DNA from: Leptogorgia sarmentosa
Taxonomy: Eukaryota
Length of the DNA: 64,000 bases
Reading direction: 5' to 3'
Assembly: GCA_964658305.1 (NCBI GenBank)
Contig: OZ210885.1
Location: forward strand, 15,376,001-15,440,000
Below the pieces are notes generated by a model. It made no database searches and was not told the DNA's origin. It saw only the letters and a program-made list of their open reading frames with translations. Made by a program: the position numbers and the translations under genes. Each line of letters opens with the position of its first letter. Positions within the stretch are counted from its first letter, which is position 1. Shown piece by piece: positions 61,801 to 64,000 of the stretch.

Positions 61801-64000
61801 TGTTCCAGTTCTTCCACACCTCCCTCGCTACTTCCAACTTTCCACATTAACTTCTCAAGATGGTGCCTTACTTTTGTTGTCTCTCGTTTGCTTGCTCGCT
61901 TTCTCCGGTTTAGCTCCATTGGAATTTGTTTATGTTTAATCCCATCCTCGCCTTTGGAGCCTTCTACAGTTCCATTAGGTTCTATTTCAGTGTCCGACAT
62001 AATAGCGGTTGGGGTCCAGACAAAAGTGTGTGGATATGTTTATATTATGCTCCAAAAAATCTGTTTGATGCACCGATTAATGTTAAGACTCAGTACAGAA
62101 TTGTTCTTTGTATTAAGAAAATAACCCGCAAACTAATGCGCGCCCTTGATTCTCCCGATGATCCAGGCAAAACCTCTTGCATAAATTAGCATAAATTACT
62201 CGTTTAGCTCACCAAAACATATATTTAGTATTTTGCACGAATTCCGAAGTCCTTACCACTTGTAATACTTCCTCGTCTCAAACCAGTCAAATTTCTTCAA
62301 ATAAACTGTCCAACGACACAAATATCCTTCGTATAAGTTATTCAACAAACCTCGCTCCTTCGATACTGTCAAGACGTCGATAAAATCCGATCAAAAACGC
62401 TCCAAAGTCCTGGCAGGATCGCCAAATGTTATCCAGACCCGACTAAAAACTCTTTTTATACATTTAATAGAAACGTAAAATAACTTTAAAACATAAAATA
62501 ACCCAAAAAGCAATGCTAGAATGGTTTAACTTACGATAGCCGAACGTTCGGTAAGAGACCTCGTGTTCTTTTCCCTTAACCCTGTTGCCTAGCAACCTAT
62601 CTTCCCCCACAGCTGCCCCAGAACATATTATTTACAATAAAACCCAAATATGAACGTTCTCTTCATAACAAGGGCACATTGTTATACGTTTTGTATATGG
62701 TAAAATAGTACGCAGGCTGCCTGCAGATTTATAAATTTTTATGAACATTTTAGCAGGGTGGGAAAATGTATGTGTCAATGGATGCAGTATTTGGCTGTGT
62801 TAGAAAGATCAGTGCAGGGACAAGTGTTAGACCCCCAAACTATGGTGAGACGCTCTTTATTGATCAATCAAAAGTAGATTCCTTCATGAAGAGCTACAGT
62901 GGAAAATCATTAAAATCACAGGTGCATACCATAAGTATGAATACTTAATGAATGTTTACCAACTTAACTAGAACCGTTTATCCAGTGATTAGCTAGGCAG
63001 TTGTTCACCTGTCCTAAAAAATAAGTTTTTTTGGTTCATCGATATACGCCTAACCCTATAAATCAAGTATTTGATGATTCAAATACATCTTCTATGCTTG
63101 TTTTGTTGAAAATTCATTTTAAATTTGGATATTAATTTTTAACTGCTTAGTGAAACAATCTCAAGTTGTTTTTAATTATTGCGATTTTCTGTCTATGGTT
63201 TTTCAGGAGTCATGTAACAATTTTCAAGCTGGTTCTAACCTCAGATCTAAAGTAAAGACAAAAAAATTGGATGAAACTGCCATATTCGGAGCAGGATGCA
63301 GGCATGAAGTTCCATTAAGATTCTTTAGTCTTAAACGAGGAGAAGAGTAAGTGTTAGATTGATTAAATATGTATTCTGGTTACAGAAAGTAATAACAATA
63401 GTACTGTATAGTGTAGTGTAGCATAGCGCAGTAATTTAATTATATTATTTGCATCTTTTAGGATTGGCAATGCAGTTTATCTGCTGAAATGGTTGAAAGA
63501 AAACTACACAAACTTGGACATGTATCTATATTATGATATTGCTTGTACATTGGAATCTCACTTGAAGGGTTACTCTGTGAACATTTACATAGCAATCAAA
63601 TCAGGTTGTCACGTTGTCAAATTAACCAATCCATCCAACTTTTCTCTCGCGGCACTGCTCTAACTGCCGTATTGTTATCAATACAATATTGTGGTATTAA
63701 TAAGTGACTGCTTGTTAACTAGAAGATTTTGTGTGTTTTCAGAGGACAAACCAAGAACACTTGCTAGAAAATGTTAAAGTGGCTATTCCAACATTTCACT
63801 GCTATGGACACAAAGTATCATGTCAGGTAAAGGGTTACATTTTCACATGTTTACCGGGTATACATACCTGATTTCTTGTTTTAGTTCGACAAAGTTGTAT
63901 TTGTGTTTCTTTTTAAGGTTTCTCTAAGTACATATTACCAGATTTTAACACCTTTGCTTTTGAAGGTTTTATATAGTGGCAGGCGAATAGATGGCTTTGG
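55822..64000 (+). CDS. Spliced KDZ (Kyakuja-Dileera-Zisupton) transposase, partial; a BEL element sits in one intron
   Basis: Exons at about 55822-55953 (..QCPACPK), 62754-62921 (SMDAVFG), 63207-63346 (CNNFQA..DET..GCRH..GE), 63462-63568 (YYDIAC), 63743-63826 (PTFHCYGH..CQ) and 63967-64000 (GFG). Confidence 0.82.
56135..56378 (-). repeat. 3' LTR
   Basis: Matches 62427-62670 with no difference seen by eye. Confidence 0.96.
56379..56390 (-). promoter_or_regulatory. Polypurine tract
   Basis: GGGGAGGGGGGA on the minus strand, abutting the 3' LTR. Confidence 0.9.
56446..62000 (-). pseudogene. BEL/Pao gag-pol polyprotein (gag, zinc knuckles, protease, RT, RNase H, integrase)
   Basis: CFRCLSKDH, ILDDAS, CDIKEMY, YMDD, FVDAS, YSDS, NPAD, AVDYAGP and WPLGRI. 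Broken by stops at 59379, 57787 and 57370, frameshifts, and deletions in the integrase. Confidence 0.93.
62408..62424 (-). promoter_or_regulatory. Primer-binding site, probably tRNA-Arg(ACG)
   Basis: TGGCGATCCTGCCAGGA, 2 nt inside the 5' LTR. Complementary to a 3' end UCCUGGCAGGAUCG-CCA, which I recall for invertebrate tRNA-Arg(ACG). Confidence 0.75.
62427..62670 (-). repeat. 5' LTR
   Basis: Adjacent to the PBS; matches 56135-56378. Confidence 0.96.

Larger units (their letters stand above)
56135..62670 (-). mobile_element. Full-length BEL/Pao LTR retrotransposon
   Basis: 244-bp TG...CA LTRs at 56135-56378 and 62427-62670. 5-bp TSD AGGGC (56130-56134, 62671-62675). PBS and PPT present. Confidence 0.97.

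Overview
AT-rich eukaryotic DNA with spliceosomal GT-AG introns, most likely from a marine invertebrate such as a cnidarian (inferred from the element repertoire). I find no clear host gene; the window is almost entirely nested transposable elements. The most notable content is four bounded DNA transposons of the IS3EU type: A 2702-10114, B 33872-38874, C 42320-48286 and D 50635-54610. Each has TAY...RTA ends, long terminal inverted repeats (TIRs), a perfect 6-bp target-site duplication (TSD), an integrase-like DDE transposase, and a convergent cargo gene for a protein-modifying enzyme. The cargo is a HECT-type ubiquitin ligase in A, B and C (all three disrupted) and an intact alpha-kinase in D. 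Also present: two Academ/DUF6589-like transposases with an ankyrin insert, an AcademH-like RecQ helicase remnant, a PHD-FLYWCH-MULE transposase, a Helitron-like Rep-PIF1 helicase with a neighbouring orphan ORF, a hAT transposase, a decayed Harbinger, a spliced KDZ transposase, two BEL/Pao retrotransposons (one full length with identical LTRs), a Helentron-like insert, MITEs and minisatellites. Twelve of 14 core TE genes lie on the minus strand. Family names come from motif recognition by eye; no searches were run.
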